A DNA stretch of 64,000 bases from a virus. Every line of letters starts with the position of its first letter. Positions within the stretch are counted from its first letter, which is position 1. Positions 55,877-64,000 of this stretch are shown here, piece after piece. The notes below the pieces were generated by a model. The model searched no databases. It saw only the letters and a list, made by a program, of their open reading frames with translations, and was not told the DNA's origin. A program made the position numbers and the translations under genes. The stretch covers positions 64,001-128,000 of the IMG/VR virus record IMGVR_UViG_3300008952_000005; one strand, given 5' to 3'.

Positions 55877-57532
55877 ATGATTAAAATATTGACGAAAACG
55901 TGGGCAGTATATTTGACGTTGATTATATTACTTGGAATATATATATCAAATCCTATCTTGCTACAAACAGCAAAACTAAACACCTTTGATTTTTACCAAA
56001 CCTTTGGTAAGAATTATGAATCCAAAAGTTTAGTACTAGTAGACATATCAGACAAAGCATTAAAAAAGAATGGGCAATGGCCGTGGAAAAGAGATTTACT
56101 TGGTCGTGTCATAATCAATGCGTATAAAAATGGTGCCGCTCTTGTAGTTTTACAAGTAGTCTTCCCACATAAAGATAGATTAGGTGGTGATGAAATGTTT
56201 TTGAAAATGATACAAAAATATCCAGTCATACTTACTGAAACGGATGATGTAAAAAATCTACAAAGTATCTCACGTAAAGCATTAGCAATAGGTAACGTAA
56301 GTGTGCCAGTTGATATAGATGGCACTATAAGAAAACTACCTCTTGATAAATCCATACCTGATGTTATCTTAAAAGTTATCAATGCAAAAACTTTAGCAGA
56401 AGATACTATCTGGATTGATTTCAGACATCATATTCCTAGAATAGATTTTACTGATAAAGATTGGTCGTCTGTAAAAGGTAAAATAGTTTTCATAGGTACA
56501 ACATTCCAAGGTTCAACATTTGTTACTACTCCTAATGGATTAAAAAACACACACGAAATTATGGCAATCAGTACAGAAACTTTATTGTCAGGTAATTTTA
56601 TTAGTAGACCTTATTGGTTACCATATAGTGAATTTGCTTTTATACTATTAGGTGCTCTATTTTTTCTCATAGTTATACCTAGATGTGGTGTAATGTGGTC
56701 TGCGATATGGTTTGGTGGATACTTATTTGATTTAACACTTGCAAGTTCTTATCTATGGACGCAACACTTAATCATAACTGATTGGTTCAGTCCACTTGTA
56801 ATAGGGTCTGTAATATGGGGTCAGTTAACATACAATAACTATTCAAAAGAAAATAAATTAAGACTACAAATTAAGAAACAATTTGAACACTATCTATCTC
56901 CAGATATGGTTAAAAAACTACAAAAGAATCCATCACTATTAAAACTAGGTGGTGAAAGAAAAAAAATGACGTTTTTGTTTTCAGACATACGTGGCTTTAC
57001 TCCTATATCGGAATCTATGAAAGGTAATCCAGAAAAACTTACCAAGTATGTTAATAAGTTCTTGACTGTAATGACTGATATAATATTAAAAAATGGTGGA
57101 ACTATTGATAAGTATATGGGTGATTGTATAATGGCATTTTGGAACGCACCCCTAGACAATCCAAATCATCAAAGATTAGCAGTATTATCTGCATCCCAAA
57201 TGAAAAAAACAGTTGAAGAAATGAATAAGAGTAGAGAGTTTGACCCACCTTTAAAGATTGGTATAGGTATCAATACTGGTGAGTGTCTTGTAGGTAATAT
57301 GGGGTCTGAACAACGTTTTGATTATTCTGTTATTGGTGACGCTGTTAATTTGGCAAGTAGATTGGAAGGTAAAAGTAAAGATTTTGATACTACAATAGTA
57401 ATATCTCAACATACTGCTGAAGGTATTGACTTTGTTCCATTGGCAAGACCAGATGGATTTAAATTCTATAAACTAGGTATCTCTACTGTAAAAGGTAAAA
57501 AAGAAAAGGTTAATTGTTTTTCTATTAAATAA
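55877..57532 (+). CDS. CHASE2-domain membrane class III adenylate cyclase
   Basis: CHASE2 (VDISDKAL...G.WPW.R); 3-4 TMs; cyclase FSDIRGFT, DKYMGDCIMAFWNAP, GIGINTG...VGNMGS..RFDYSVIGDAVNLASRLE. Confidence 0.93.
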   Translation: MIKILTKTWAVYLTLIILLGIYISNPILLQTAKLNTFDFYQTFGKNYESKSLVLVDISDKALKKNGQWPWKRDLLGRVIINAYKNGAALVVLQVVFPHKDRLGGDEMFLKMIQKYPVILTETDDVKNLQSISRKALAIGNVSVPVDIDGTIRKLPLDKSIPDVILKVINAKTLAEDTIWIDFRHHIPRIDFTDKDWSSVKGKIVFIGTTFQGSTFVTTPNGLKNTHEIMAISTETLLSGNFISRPYWLPYSEFAFILLGALFFLIVIPRCGVMWSAIWFGGYLFDLTLASSYLWTQHLIITDWFSPLVIGSVIWGQLTYNNYSKENKLRLQIKKQFEHYLSPDMVKKLQKNPSLLKLGGERKKMTFLFSDIRGFTPISESMKGNPEKLTKYVNKFLTVMTDIILKNGGTIDKYMGDCIMAFWNAPLDNPNHQRLAVLSASQMKKTVEEMNKSREFDPPLKIGIGINTGECLVGNMGSEQRFDYSVIGDAVNLASRLEGKSKDFDTTIVISQHTAEGIDFVPLARPDGFKFYKLGISTVKGKKEKVNCFSIK

Positions 57533-57614
57533 ATGCTATTATTAAATAGCAACTTAACCCTATAACTATTCCCAATACTGCAACAACACCTGCTAAGGTA
57601 TATATTGTCTTCAT
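57525..57614 (-). CDS. Very small membrane protein (29 aa)
   Basis: Hand translation MKTIYTLAGVVAVLG... Confidence 0.35.
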   Translation of the reverse strand: MKTIYTLAGVVAVLGIVIGLSCYLIIAFI

Positions 57615-57775
57615 TTTTTGTCTGTTAACTTATTAATAAGTTCAAACGCTACTTTAACTTTCTCTTCCAACACTTTAATTCTATAGTGTGATTGTGCTAA
57701 AGTAACTATCAATAACACAAATGCTACTAGCATTGGCCAAAGTCTACTCAACATTAATACTGCTTCACTATCCAT
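57611..57775 (-). CDS. Small membrane/coiled-coil protein (54 aa, MDSEAVLML...)
   Basis: Hand translation; coupled on both sides. Confidence 0.6.
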   Translation of the reverse strand: MDSEAVLMLSRLWPMLVAFVLLIVTLAQSHYRIKVLEEKVKVAFELINKLTDKK

Positions 57776-57960
57776 TACTGTACTATTTCATCTCCTGTTT
57801 TAACATTGGGTCTTGGTTTCTCACAAACTGAACAATCACATTTACTACAAATAATCGTTACCGTTTTTTGATTTCGTAATCCATCTGGACTAGAAGTAGT
57901 ATACTCCATTAACTTTTCAGGACAATGAGCTTCCCTACCACAATTCTTACACTTTTCCAT
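57775..57960 (-). CDS. Small Cys-rich zinc-binding protein
   Basis: CKNC..HC...CSKC.CSVC. Confidence 0.65.
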   Translation of the reverse strand: MEKCKNCGREAHCPEKLMEYTTSSPDGLRNQKTVTIICSKCDCSVCEKPRPNVKTGDEIVQ

Positions 57961-58136
57961 TACTTTTGTCTGTTAATTGTTTTCTTAACTAAATCAACAG
58001 TACTTTTACTAATATCTTTAGTCTTTGTTAATAAATTTCCACCAAGGTTTATTATTTTTGTTCTAGGTGTTATCTTTTCTTGTACAATCTTTTTTGTTTT
58101 TGGATCATACTTTTGCTGTAAAAATTCCATTACCAT
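57960..58136 (-). CDS. Small basic protein (58 aa, MVMEFLQQK...)
   Basis: Hand translation; coupled on both sides. Confidence 0.55.
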   Translation of the reverse strand: MVMEFLQQKYDPKTKKIVQEKITPRTKIINLGGNLLTKTKDISKSTVDLVKKTINRQK

Positions 58137-58507
58137 TATTCCTTCTCCTTTTCTTTTTTCTTATCATCTGGTTCATAATATTCTTTATACTGGTCAAGTA
58201 AATCATTAGTGTGTTTCAAGTGTGCTCTTATTTGAGCAAAGTTTTTTGCAATTAATTGAAAGTCCTTATCACTCAATCCAAATAGTACTGGATCAAGTCC
58301 TTCTGCTTCCATCTTTTGGAATACTTCTTCTGCATTGTCAGAAGTAATTATAATCCACCTCAACTTTTCAAGTTCAGGCATAGTTGGTTTAACTAAATCT
58401 AATTTCTGTCTAGGTTCTTCTAACTTAAATATTTTAAGTTGTTTCTCACCGATTGAGCAACCAGTAAGTATTAGAACAGCAATGATACTAATTATTATAC
58501 GGTACAT
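58136..58507 (-). CDS. Lipoprotein, probable o-spanin
   Basis: Lipobox LTGC, Pro-rich segment; overlaps an upstream TM coiled-coil gene. Confidence 0.7.
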   Translation of the reverse strand: MYRIIISIIAVLILTGCSIGEKQLKIFKLEEPRQKLDLVKPTMPELEKLRWIIITSDNAEEVFQKMEAEGLDPVLFGLSDKDFQLIAKNFAQIRAHLKHTNDLLDQYKEYYEPDDKKKEKEKE

Positions 58508-58964
58508 ATGATGGATTTGCTATGGATGGGCACTCCCTATTAATTTCTGATTTTTTGGTTGCGTTCTTCTCTTGTTCGGTAAGTGGTGAACCACCTGCTA
58601 TCTCTACACAACGAATAGCTTTATCACTTGCACCGTTAATAATTCTTTGTATTGTTTCTGTTTTTTCTATGGCGAGTTTACCAAAGTCACGACCTTTTTT
58701 ATTAAATCTTTTATCTAAATCATCTAAATCTTTTTTAAGAGCTGAAACAAGTTCGTTCATCTTGTTGTTTGCTTTTAAAATTTCTTTAAAGTCTTCTTGT
58801 TGCTTAGCAATGAGTTCCTTTTGAGAACTCACTGCTTCTTCCAATTTGATTTGATTCGCTTTTAAAATGGCATTATCGGATCGTAACTTCATTACATACA
58901 TACCTGCACCTGCAAGTCCTGTAATCATCACAACTACCATCGCCATTTTTAAATAACCAAACAT
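58488..58964 (-). CDS. Probable i-spanin
   Basis: N-terminal TM, long coiled coil, two C-terminal Cys. Confidence 0.7.
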   Translation of the reverse strand: MFGYLKMAMVVVMITGLAGAGMYVMKLRSDNAILKANQIKLEEAVSSQKELIAKQQEDFKEILKANNKMNELVSALKKDLDDLDKRFNKKGRDFGKLAIEKTETIQRIINGASDKAIRCVEIAGGSPLTEQEKNATKKSEINRECPSIANPSYVPYNN

Positions 58965-58970
58965 AACTTT

Positions 58971-59129
58971 CTAGTCTTTCTTTAGAACTGCCCAAGCTCC
59001 GTAAGCAATTGCCGCCCAAGCAGCAATTTTAGCAACTGGACTGAAAAACAAAACTACAACGCCTAATCCTATTAATACTCCACCGTGTAATGATGTTAGT
59101 TCTTTTAGTCTTCCTGTTATAAAACCCAT
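58971..59129 (-). CDS. Small two-TM protein, holin candidate (52 aa, MGFITGRLKE...)
   Basis: Hand translation; SD AGGAG; directly upstream of the spanin pair. Confidence 0.6.
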   Translation of the reverse strand: MGFITGRLKELTSLHGGVLIGLGVVVLFFSPVAKIAAWAAIAYGAWAVLKKD

Positions 59130-59144
59130 ATTGGTTCTCCTTTT

Positions 59145-59726
59145 TTATTTTATCTTGGCACCAACTTTTCGGTGCTTATTCCAAGCCAAAAAACCACCTA
59201 GTCTTAAAGAATAATATGCTAGATAGTTCATAAGATAGAATCCATTTACTCCGATATTAATATCTCTAAAGATTTCATCTGCTCTTTTTTGAGATATAAC
59301 ACCAAGGGTATCTGTCTTATTTATTTTTAATAATGTCTGATACTTATAAGCATAATCGTGTACCAAACCACCCATTAAAAGTACACCTACTGGTGATAAA
59401 AATGTATGCAAGAATTTTGGAATACTTGCACCGTCAAATTTAAATCCAGCTGGTATCGTATATTTTATATCGTTTAATTCGTATTCAAAATCTTCTGCGA
59501 TTTCCCAATTTCTTGTAGTGAGTATCCACAAAAGAATTCCTTTAAAAAAACCTTTGCCTTTTGTTCTTATTGGCAACGCTCTCATAACTGGCATTTTTTT
59601 ATATGTAAAGTTATGACATTTAGGTTTCTTCTTATCAAATAAATTGATAATTAGTCCTGCTATAATAACTAAAATTACTATAGACCACATCCAAAACTTC
59701 ATTGCTAAACTTATTATTAGTTCCAT
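59145..59726 (-). CDS. DUF1353-family protein with N-terminal TM
   Basis: IPAGF.FDGASIP, G.VHDY.Y, AD.IF, .LRLGG. Confidence 0.8.
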   Translation of the reverse strand: MELIISLAMKFWMWSIVILVIIAGLIINLFDKKKPKCHNFTYKKMPVMRALPIRTKGKGFFKGILLWILTTRNWEIAEDFEYELNDIKYTIPAGFKFDGASIPKFLHTFLSPVGVLLMGGLVHDYAYKYQTLLKINKTDTLGVISQKRADEIFRDINIGVNGFYLMNYLAYYSLRLGGFLAWNKHRKVGAKIK

Positions 59727-60020
59727 TTATTTCTTCCTTGTTCTCATACTAGATGTTGGTTGAGCACCTCTTACGTGAACCATACCACCCATAGTATTTT
59801 CTTTCTTTTTATTTCTTGGTTCTACTTTTGGATCAGCAGACAAAAAAGGTCTTTGATTTACTGCTGTTGTATAAGCAGCGTGTAATCCAACACCTCTAAC
59901 ATTTTTTCCACCTGCTTTCTTTTTAGGTGGTGTATCACCTAAACTTGCTATAGGTTGTACATTTGAATAGTTTCCTATTCTAACACCTGTTGTACCTATA
60001 AACTCTTTAAAACTTTTCAT
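59727..60020 (-). CDS. Basic hypothetical protein, possible head internal protein
   Basis: N-terminus MKSFKEFI resembles the T4 capsid-targeting sequence. Confidence 0.55.
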   Translation of the reverse strand: MKSFKEFIGTTGVRIGNYSNVQPIASLGDTPPKKKAGGKNVRGVGLHAAYTTAVNQRPFLSADPKVEPRNKKKENTMGGMVHVRGAQPTSSMRTRKK

Positions 60021-60343
60021 ACTCTTGCTTTTTCTTTAATAGTCTTTTTTCTTTTAGGTGTTTCAATTTTAATTTCTTCTTTCACAACTCCACTTATTTC
60101 ATCAATCTTATTTTCAAGTTTATTTAACACTTTATAAACACCTTTCAATACAACATTGTTATTGTCTTCACTCTCTTGTACTTTTCTTTTTAAAGTACCC
60201 ATAACTCTTTTCTTACCAGTTGGATTCATATCTACACCACCGTGTGCTACTGCATTTGCTGGTGCGTCTTCTTTTTTTTCTTTATCATCAATCTTATTGA
60301 TGAGTTCGTCCATCATATCTTTATAATGTTTTGGCATACTCAT
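60017..60343 (-). CDS. Hypothetical protein
   Basis: EDAPANAV..GGVDM.P pattern seen in T4-like late genes. Confidence 0.6.
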   Translation of the reverse strand: MSMPKHYKDMMDELINKIDDKEKKEDAPANAVAHGGVDMNPTGKKRVMGTLKRKVQESEDNNNVVLKGVYKVLNKLENKIDEISGVVKEEIKIETPKRKKTIKEKARV

Positions 60344-60800
60344 ACTCCGATACTAGTTTATTATTTTGTTCATATATACCTACACCTAGACAAGTCATTA
60401 CTGGTTCATCTTCTATGTCTGGTATATCTCTTACTTCATTTAACATAGTTTCATACTGGTTAGTTTCTTTTAAATATGAAACAACACCTGCTTCTATTGC
60501 GTCTTTGTGTGCCATTAACTGTTTATCTTCTCTCAATATCATTGCCATAGCACCAAAAAAAGTACCAAACTTACTACCTAATCCAACTTTACCAAATAAT
60601 CTTTTCATATTAAAAACAAATCTATGTAAATATGTATATGCTTTTTTATCTTTACTATCTCTCAATGTCTTATTAGGTCTTAATACTTTACCTTTCTTAT
60701 CAATAATACCTCGTTTAAAAGCTTCTTGCTTTTCCCAAGATGTTACCAATAGTTTAACTACTCGGTAAGTTATTAACATATCTATTGCTCTACTTGCCAT
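60321..60800 (-). CDS. Conserved T4-like hypothetical protein
   Basis: D...TYR..KLL...W....AF..GIID..GK, AYT..HR.VFN.KRL. Confidence 0.75.
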   Translation of the reverse strand: MASRAIDMLITYRVVKLLVTSWEKQEAFKRGIIDKKGKVLRPNKTLRDSKDKKAYTYLHRFVFNMKRLFGKVGLGSKFGTFFGAMAMILREDKQLMAHKDAIEAGVVSYLKETNQYETMLNEVRDIPDIEDEPVMTCLGVGIYEQNNKLVSEYEYAKTL

Positions 60801-61162
60801 TACAGTTCCTTTAACATTTGTTTTATCTTTTCATCTTCATCTACATCACCTAGTTCGTGTTCATAAAGTAATTTAAGATAGTTCAATACTGTTTTTAATA
60901 CTGACCAATATTCTCTATCTATTTTAAATAATAATAAAGTTATCGCTACATCTGCACTAAAAACATTTTGTAATACTACAATGTGATTAATAATTAATCT
61001 TATTTTAACGTCACCTGTAGTTTTATACTTACGAAATAACCTTTTAAGATATTTAAATCGTTTTATATCTTCCAAAAATTCTACATTATCTTCCAATGTA
61101 GGATTGCTATAATTTTGCTGAGCAAATAGCAACCAATTATCTTTGGTTATTTCCTCAAACAT
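60800..61162 (-). CDS. Conserved T4-like hypothetical protein
   Basis: NW.LFA...Y.NP, F.EDIKRFKYLKRL, RLI.NHI.VL.NVF. Confidence 0.8.
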   Translation of the reverse strand: MFEEITKDNWLLFAQQNYSNPTLEDNVEFLEDIKRFKYLKRLFRKYKTTGDVKIRLIINHIVVLQNVFSADVAITLLLFKIDREYWSVLKTVLNYLKLLYEHELGDVDEDEKIKQMLKEL

Positions 61163-61167
61163 CTGAC

Positions 61168-61593
61168 CTACACCAATTTAGCGTAGACCTTTGATGTTCC
61201 GTTTTTCAAAGTTTCATAATTAACTTCTAAATTTAGACCGCCAGATTTTTTGTGTGATATACCATCATCATTAATATCAGAACCGTCTGTATCTTTTCCA
61301 AACCTTCCACCAAATTGACTAACTTTCGCACTAACTTTTCCAGATGTTCCTTCCATATTAACTGGTGATACTGTTAAACCAATTCGGTTTAGTTTTTCTC
61401 TCAAACTATCTACCGCTTGTTGTGGTTTAAGGTATTCCATATCTCCTATAGAACCTACAAAAGCATTAACTCTATTTAATACTTCTGGATCGGAAACGTT
61501 ATGTACGCCTAAATTACCATCTTCAACTGCATTAGATGTTGCTGTTCCAACCATCTTGCCGTCTTCTGTTATGTGTTGTTTAAACGTTTTCAT
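61168..61593 (-). CDS. Hypothetical protein, possible head internal protein
   Basis: N-terminus MKTFKQHITE. Confidence 0.6.
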   Translation of the reverse strand: MKTFKQHITEDGKMVGTATSNAVEDGNLGVHNVSDPEVLNRVNAFVGSIGDMEYLKPQQAVDSLREKLNRIGLTVSPVNMEGTSGKVSAKVSQFGGRFGKDTDGSDINDDGISHKKSGGLNLEVNYETLKNGTSKVYAKLV

Positions 61594-61708
61594 CTTTTTC
61601 TTTTCCCTTTTCTTTTGCTGTGTCCTCTTTAGGACAATCAGCTATTACTTCTTCCTCAAAATCGTCCAAGTCTTTATCTTCATTAAAAATCTTAAACTTT
61701 TTTAACAT
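61580..61708 (-). CDS. Small acidic protein (42 aa, MLKKFKIFNE...)
   Basis: Hand translation; overlaps both neighbours. Confidence 0.45.
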   Translation of the reverse strand: MLKKFKIFNEDKDLDDFEEEVIADCPKEDTAKEKGKEKDENV

Positions 61709-61904
61709 CTTCTGTTTTAACTGGAATATCTCCAGTCATTCCTATTAACTTATTAACTTGTTGAATAGCGCCATTGATTGCATTTAAATTTGCTTTCATC
61801 TGACCTAAATCCACTTCAACTTGTTTTATATTTTTTGCCAACTTATCAAAATCTACTTGTAATCCTTGTGCTTCTGATTTAAGTTGCTCTATACTTATAG
61901 TCAT
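61692..61904 (-). CDS. Small coiled-coil protein
   Basis: Heptad pattern; SD AAGGAG. Confidence 0.65.
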   Translation of the reverse strand: MTISIEQLKSEAQGLQVDFDKLAKNIKQVEVDLGQMKANLNAINGAIQQVNKLIGMTGDIPVKTEDVKKV

Positions 61905-61926
61905 AATTATCTCCTTATATTATATA

Positions 61927-62388
61927 TTATGCAACTGCGTATCCGTTACCTGCAATTACGTTCCAATTTGAATTTTTAAATAACAAAGTAACTGTTTCAC
62001 CTACATTATTTAAAACGACATTTGTTCCGCCTCTTAAATTTGTTGGTGTTATAGTTATTGCATTACTACCAGACGTTGATGTATTAAGAACAGTTTTAAT
62101 TTGTCCATTTGAACCGTCTGCTAATGATACTGCTGCTGTTCCCGCCGTTGCGTTCACTTCTGTAACAGCACTATCTACATCTGCAACTAAAGTTCCAGAA
62201 CCTGTGCCTGTTAATGTTTGGGATGCTTGACCAAGACCTAAAAACGTTGGTACGTTATTAAATACATTTGCCGCTGATACTTTTTTGTTTATCGGTGTGC
62301 CTGATGGATCATCTATTACGTGAAACAGGTCTACACTTGCTATTGCGTTACCTAAATCGGTAAGCTGGGTGACTTTTTTATCTGCCAT
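61927..62388 (-). CDS. Virion structural protein (fiber/decoration-like)
   Basis: MADKKVTQLT.L start, small-residue beta-rich sequence; late promoter upstream. Confidence 0.65.
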   Translation of the reverse strand: MADKKVTQLTDLGNAIASVDLFHVIDDPSGTPINKKVSAANVFNNVPTFLGLGQASQTLTGTGSGTLVADVDSAVTEVNATAGTAAVSLADGSNGQIKTVLNTSTSGSNAITITPTNLRGGTNVVLNNVGETVTLLFKNSNWNVIAGNGYAVA

Positions 62389-62448
62389 TTGTTTCTCCTA
62401 TTAACCCTTTCGGGAATGCTACTGTAGGTAATTCCTACATCATAATAT

Positions 62449-62456
62449 TATTTATA
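62449..62456 (-). promoter_or_regulatory. T4-type late promoter TATAAATA
   Basis: Exact match upstream of ORF 61927-62388. Confidence 0.7.
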
Positions 62457-62488
62457 TGGGCAACCCTATAAAGAATCGCCCATATATT
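62457..62488 (-). terminator. Hairpin after ORF 62497-62778
   Basis: ATATGGGC(G)A...TGCCCATAT inverted repeat. Confidence 0.45.
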
Positions 62489-62496
62489 ATTGATTA

Positions 62497-62778
62497 TTAA
62501 GCAGCGTTTGTTAATGCTACTATCGTTTCGTACTGTACTCTTCCTGCTCTACCACCAGAACCAGTTGTCTTTAAGTTCCAACCTGCGTGTCCAGCACCTG
62601 CTGGTACTTGAGCATCCGCATAATTGAATAACCCTAAAGTTATTCCAGTAATAAAGTTATTAGCAGTTGCGTCTTCAAATAAATTTGTTCTATTTGCTGA
62701 CGTGAATGCTAATTTAGCAGCAGCACAAGCCCATAATGGTGCTCCAGCCGCCGAGTCTGCACTTGAATGTGATGACAT
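62497..62778 (-). CDS. Small Ala/Gly-rich probable virion protein
   Basis: HAGW.L...G.GGRAGRVQYE..VAL; late promoter upstream. Confidence 0.65.
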   Translation of the reverse strand: MSSHSSADSAAGAPLWACAAAKLAFTSANRTNLFEDATANNFITGITLGLFNYADAQVPAGAGHAGWNLKTTGSGGRAGRVQYETIVALTNAA

Positions 62779-62834
62779 AGTATTCTCTCCTTTAAATTAA
62801 ATTGTTAAAGTACTCAATTCTTAATATATGTGTA

Positions 62835-62842
62835 TATTTATA
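62835..62842 (-). promoter_or_regulatory. T4-type late promoter TATAAATA
   Basis: Exact match upstream of ORF 62497-62778. Confidence 0.7.
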
Positions 62843-62855
62843 AGAAAAAGGTGTG

Positions 62856-63350
62856 TTAGAAACCCAATTGTTTTAATTGTCTTATTGAATTAGACGCTGA
62901 AGTATGATATATTCCTATACCACCACGTTGTGTAAAACTATCTGTATTAGGTTTATAATCGTCAATTAATACTGCAGGACTTCTGTATCCTGTTTGAGCA
63001 TAATTTTGTTTCTGACTTCTCTTTACAAGATTAACTCTTGCACCACTTAAACCTAATTGACTTCTGCACCATTTAGTCTTACCTGGTATACAGTTAGGGT
63101 CTACATTACGGTCAACATATGCTGATAGAATATCTGGCGAATGCTTTTTTATATAATTCCACAGTTGTTTACCGTCTGATTGCCACGGCAATGTTTCCCA
63201 AAAAGTTTTATCATTTCTGATTGGGTTCCACTTATCTTGTTTTGTTAGGGACATCCATTTACTGATAGGGACTCCTGTTGCTTTCTCGGCACCTTTTTTA
63301 AAGTCTGCCAATACGCCGTCCATATCACAATAGAGTTTAGGAAGAGGCAT
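62856..63350 (-). CDS. HAD-family 5'(3')-deoxyribonucleotidase-like protein
   Basis: YCDMDGVLADF, FW..LP, GK..W, LIDD...N...F...GG.GI. Confidence 0.85.
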   Translation of the reverse strand: MPLPKLYCDMDGVLADFKKGAEKATGVPISKWMSLTKQDKWNPIRNDKTFWETLPWQSDGKQLWNYIKKHSPDILSAYVDRNVDPNCIPGKTKWCRSQLGLSGARVNLVKRSQKQNYAQTGYRSPAVLIDDYKPNTDSFTQRGGIGIYHTSASNSIRQLKQLGF

Positions 63351-63367
63351 AATCTGAATTGCCTCCT

Positions 63368-64000
63368 TTAATTAGTATAACTTATCTCTGGATCAGTTTC
63401 AATTTTTGAAGCAGGGTTACCAGTCATAGTTCTACCTTTTGTAGGTTCATCTTTCTTTTTAGCAAGTTTTGCTTTTTCTGCTTTTTCTTTAAGTCTTGCT
63501 CTTAAAGTTTCATATTTTAGTTTGTAAGGACTTACTGCTTCTTTTTTAACTTCGTCTTTGTCTTCTTTGTCTTCTTTGTCTTCTTTTTTTTCTGCTTTAT
63601 CTCTTAAAAGTTTTTGTGCTAGTCCAACTGTTAAAGGAACTTCTCCTGTTTCTTTATCTGCAACAGGTTTAATTACTTTACCTTTTTCATTTTCTAATTT
63701 TGCTTTTAATACATTAATTTGACCTTGCAACGTTAAAATTTGTTTCTCTTGTGCTGCTGGGTCTTTAGCACTTGGACCATCTTTACCATCTTTAGCATCC
63801 CTTGTTGCTCTTATCTTTGCAATCTTTACACCTGGTTTGTTATCTTTTGCAATAGGTGGAATTTTACTTTCATTTCTTGTAGGCAACAGTACAGAGTCTC
63901 CTCTTGTTGCTGTTTCATTAGCTGCTTTATTCCAAATATTTCTGATAGTATTTTCTAAATTTGTTGATGGTTCTGGTTTATCACTACCAATAACATCTTT
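63368..64000 (-). CDS. Lys/Asp/Glu-rich hypothetical late protein (5' end beyond the window)
   Basis: Frame is open from the window edge; EDK tandem repeats. Confidence 0.6.
   Translation of the reverse strand, partial: KDVIGSDKPEPSTNLENTIRNIWNKAANETATRGDSVLLPTRNESKIPPIAKDNKPGVKIAKIRATRDAKDGKDGPSAKDPAAQEKQILTLQGQINVLKAKLENEKGKVIKPVADKETGEVPLTVGLAQKLLRDKAEKKEDKEDKEDKDEVKKEAVSPYKLKYETLRARLKEKAEKAKLAKKKDEPTKGRTMTGNPASKIETDPEISYTN

Noticed and set aside
63560-63590. 9-bp tandem repeat (GTCTTCTTT)n
   Set aside because: It simply encodes the EDK low-complexity repeat in a charged protein
312-63958. Many plus-strand and alternate-frame ORFs in the track (e.g. 7761-8603, 6414-6869, 18523-18897, 60331-60768)
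   Set aside because: They are antisense shadows of well-supported minus-strand genes, with no motifs or RBS
61-64000. Genome-wide stop-codon reassignment
   Set aside because: Genes tile tightly under the standard code with TAA, TAG and TGA stops; only one local UGA anomaly (18573) was seen

Overview
This AT-rich window is almost all minus-strand coding and is a segment of a T4-like myovirus genome. It most resembles marine SAR11/alphaproteobacterial pelagimyophages; that host assignment is inferred from the permuted tmRNA, aapJ, iscA and csgF/csgG content. Left to right it holds: a baseplate/tail module (gp27-like, gp53, gp48, gp4, gp29-like, gp51, gp26, gp54, gp2) with inserted iscA and aapJ genes; gp32; three 2OG-Fe(II) oxygenases; gp59, thyX and gp33; a two-piece permuted tmRNA (tag ANESYALAA); an exonuclease; an M15 peptidase and a glucosaminidase; small early genes behind sigma70-like promoters; a ~11 kb glycosylation island (GT8s, gmd, colD-type dehydratase, asnB, guaC, SET); nrdB/nrdA and primase; a curli-type secretion locus (FecR protein, thioredoxin-like, curlin-like, CsgG, CsgF) divergent from a CHASE2 class III adenylate cyclase; spanin/holin candidates; and late virion genes. 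The best leads are the curli/cAMP locus, the permuted tmRNA, a probable gp26-gp51 -1 frameshift and the phage-borne AapJ. All calls come from motif recognition by eye; no database searches were run.
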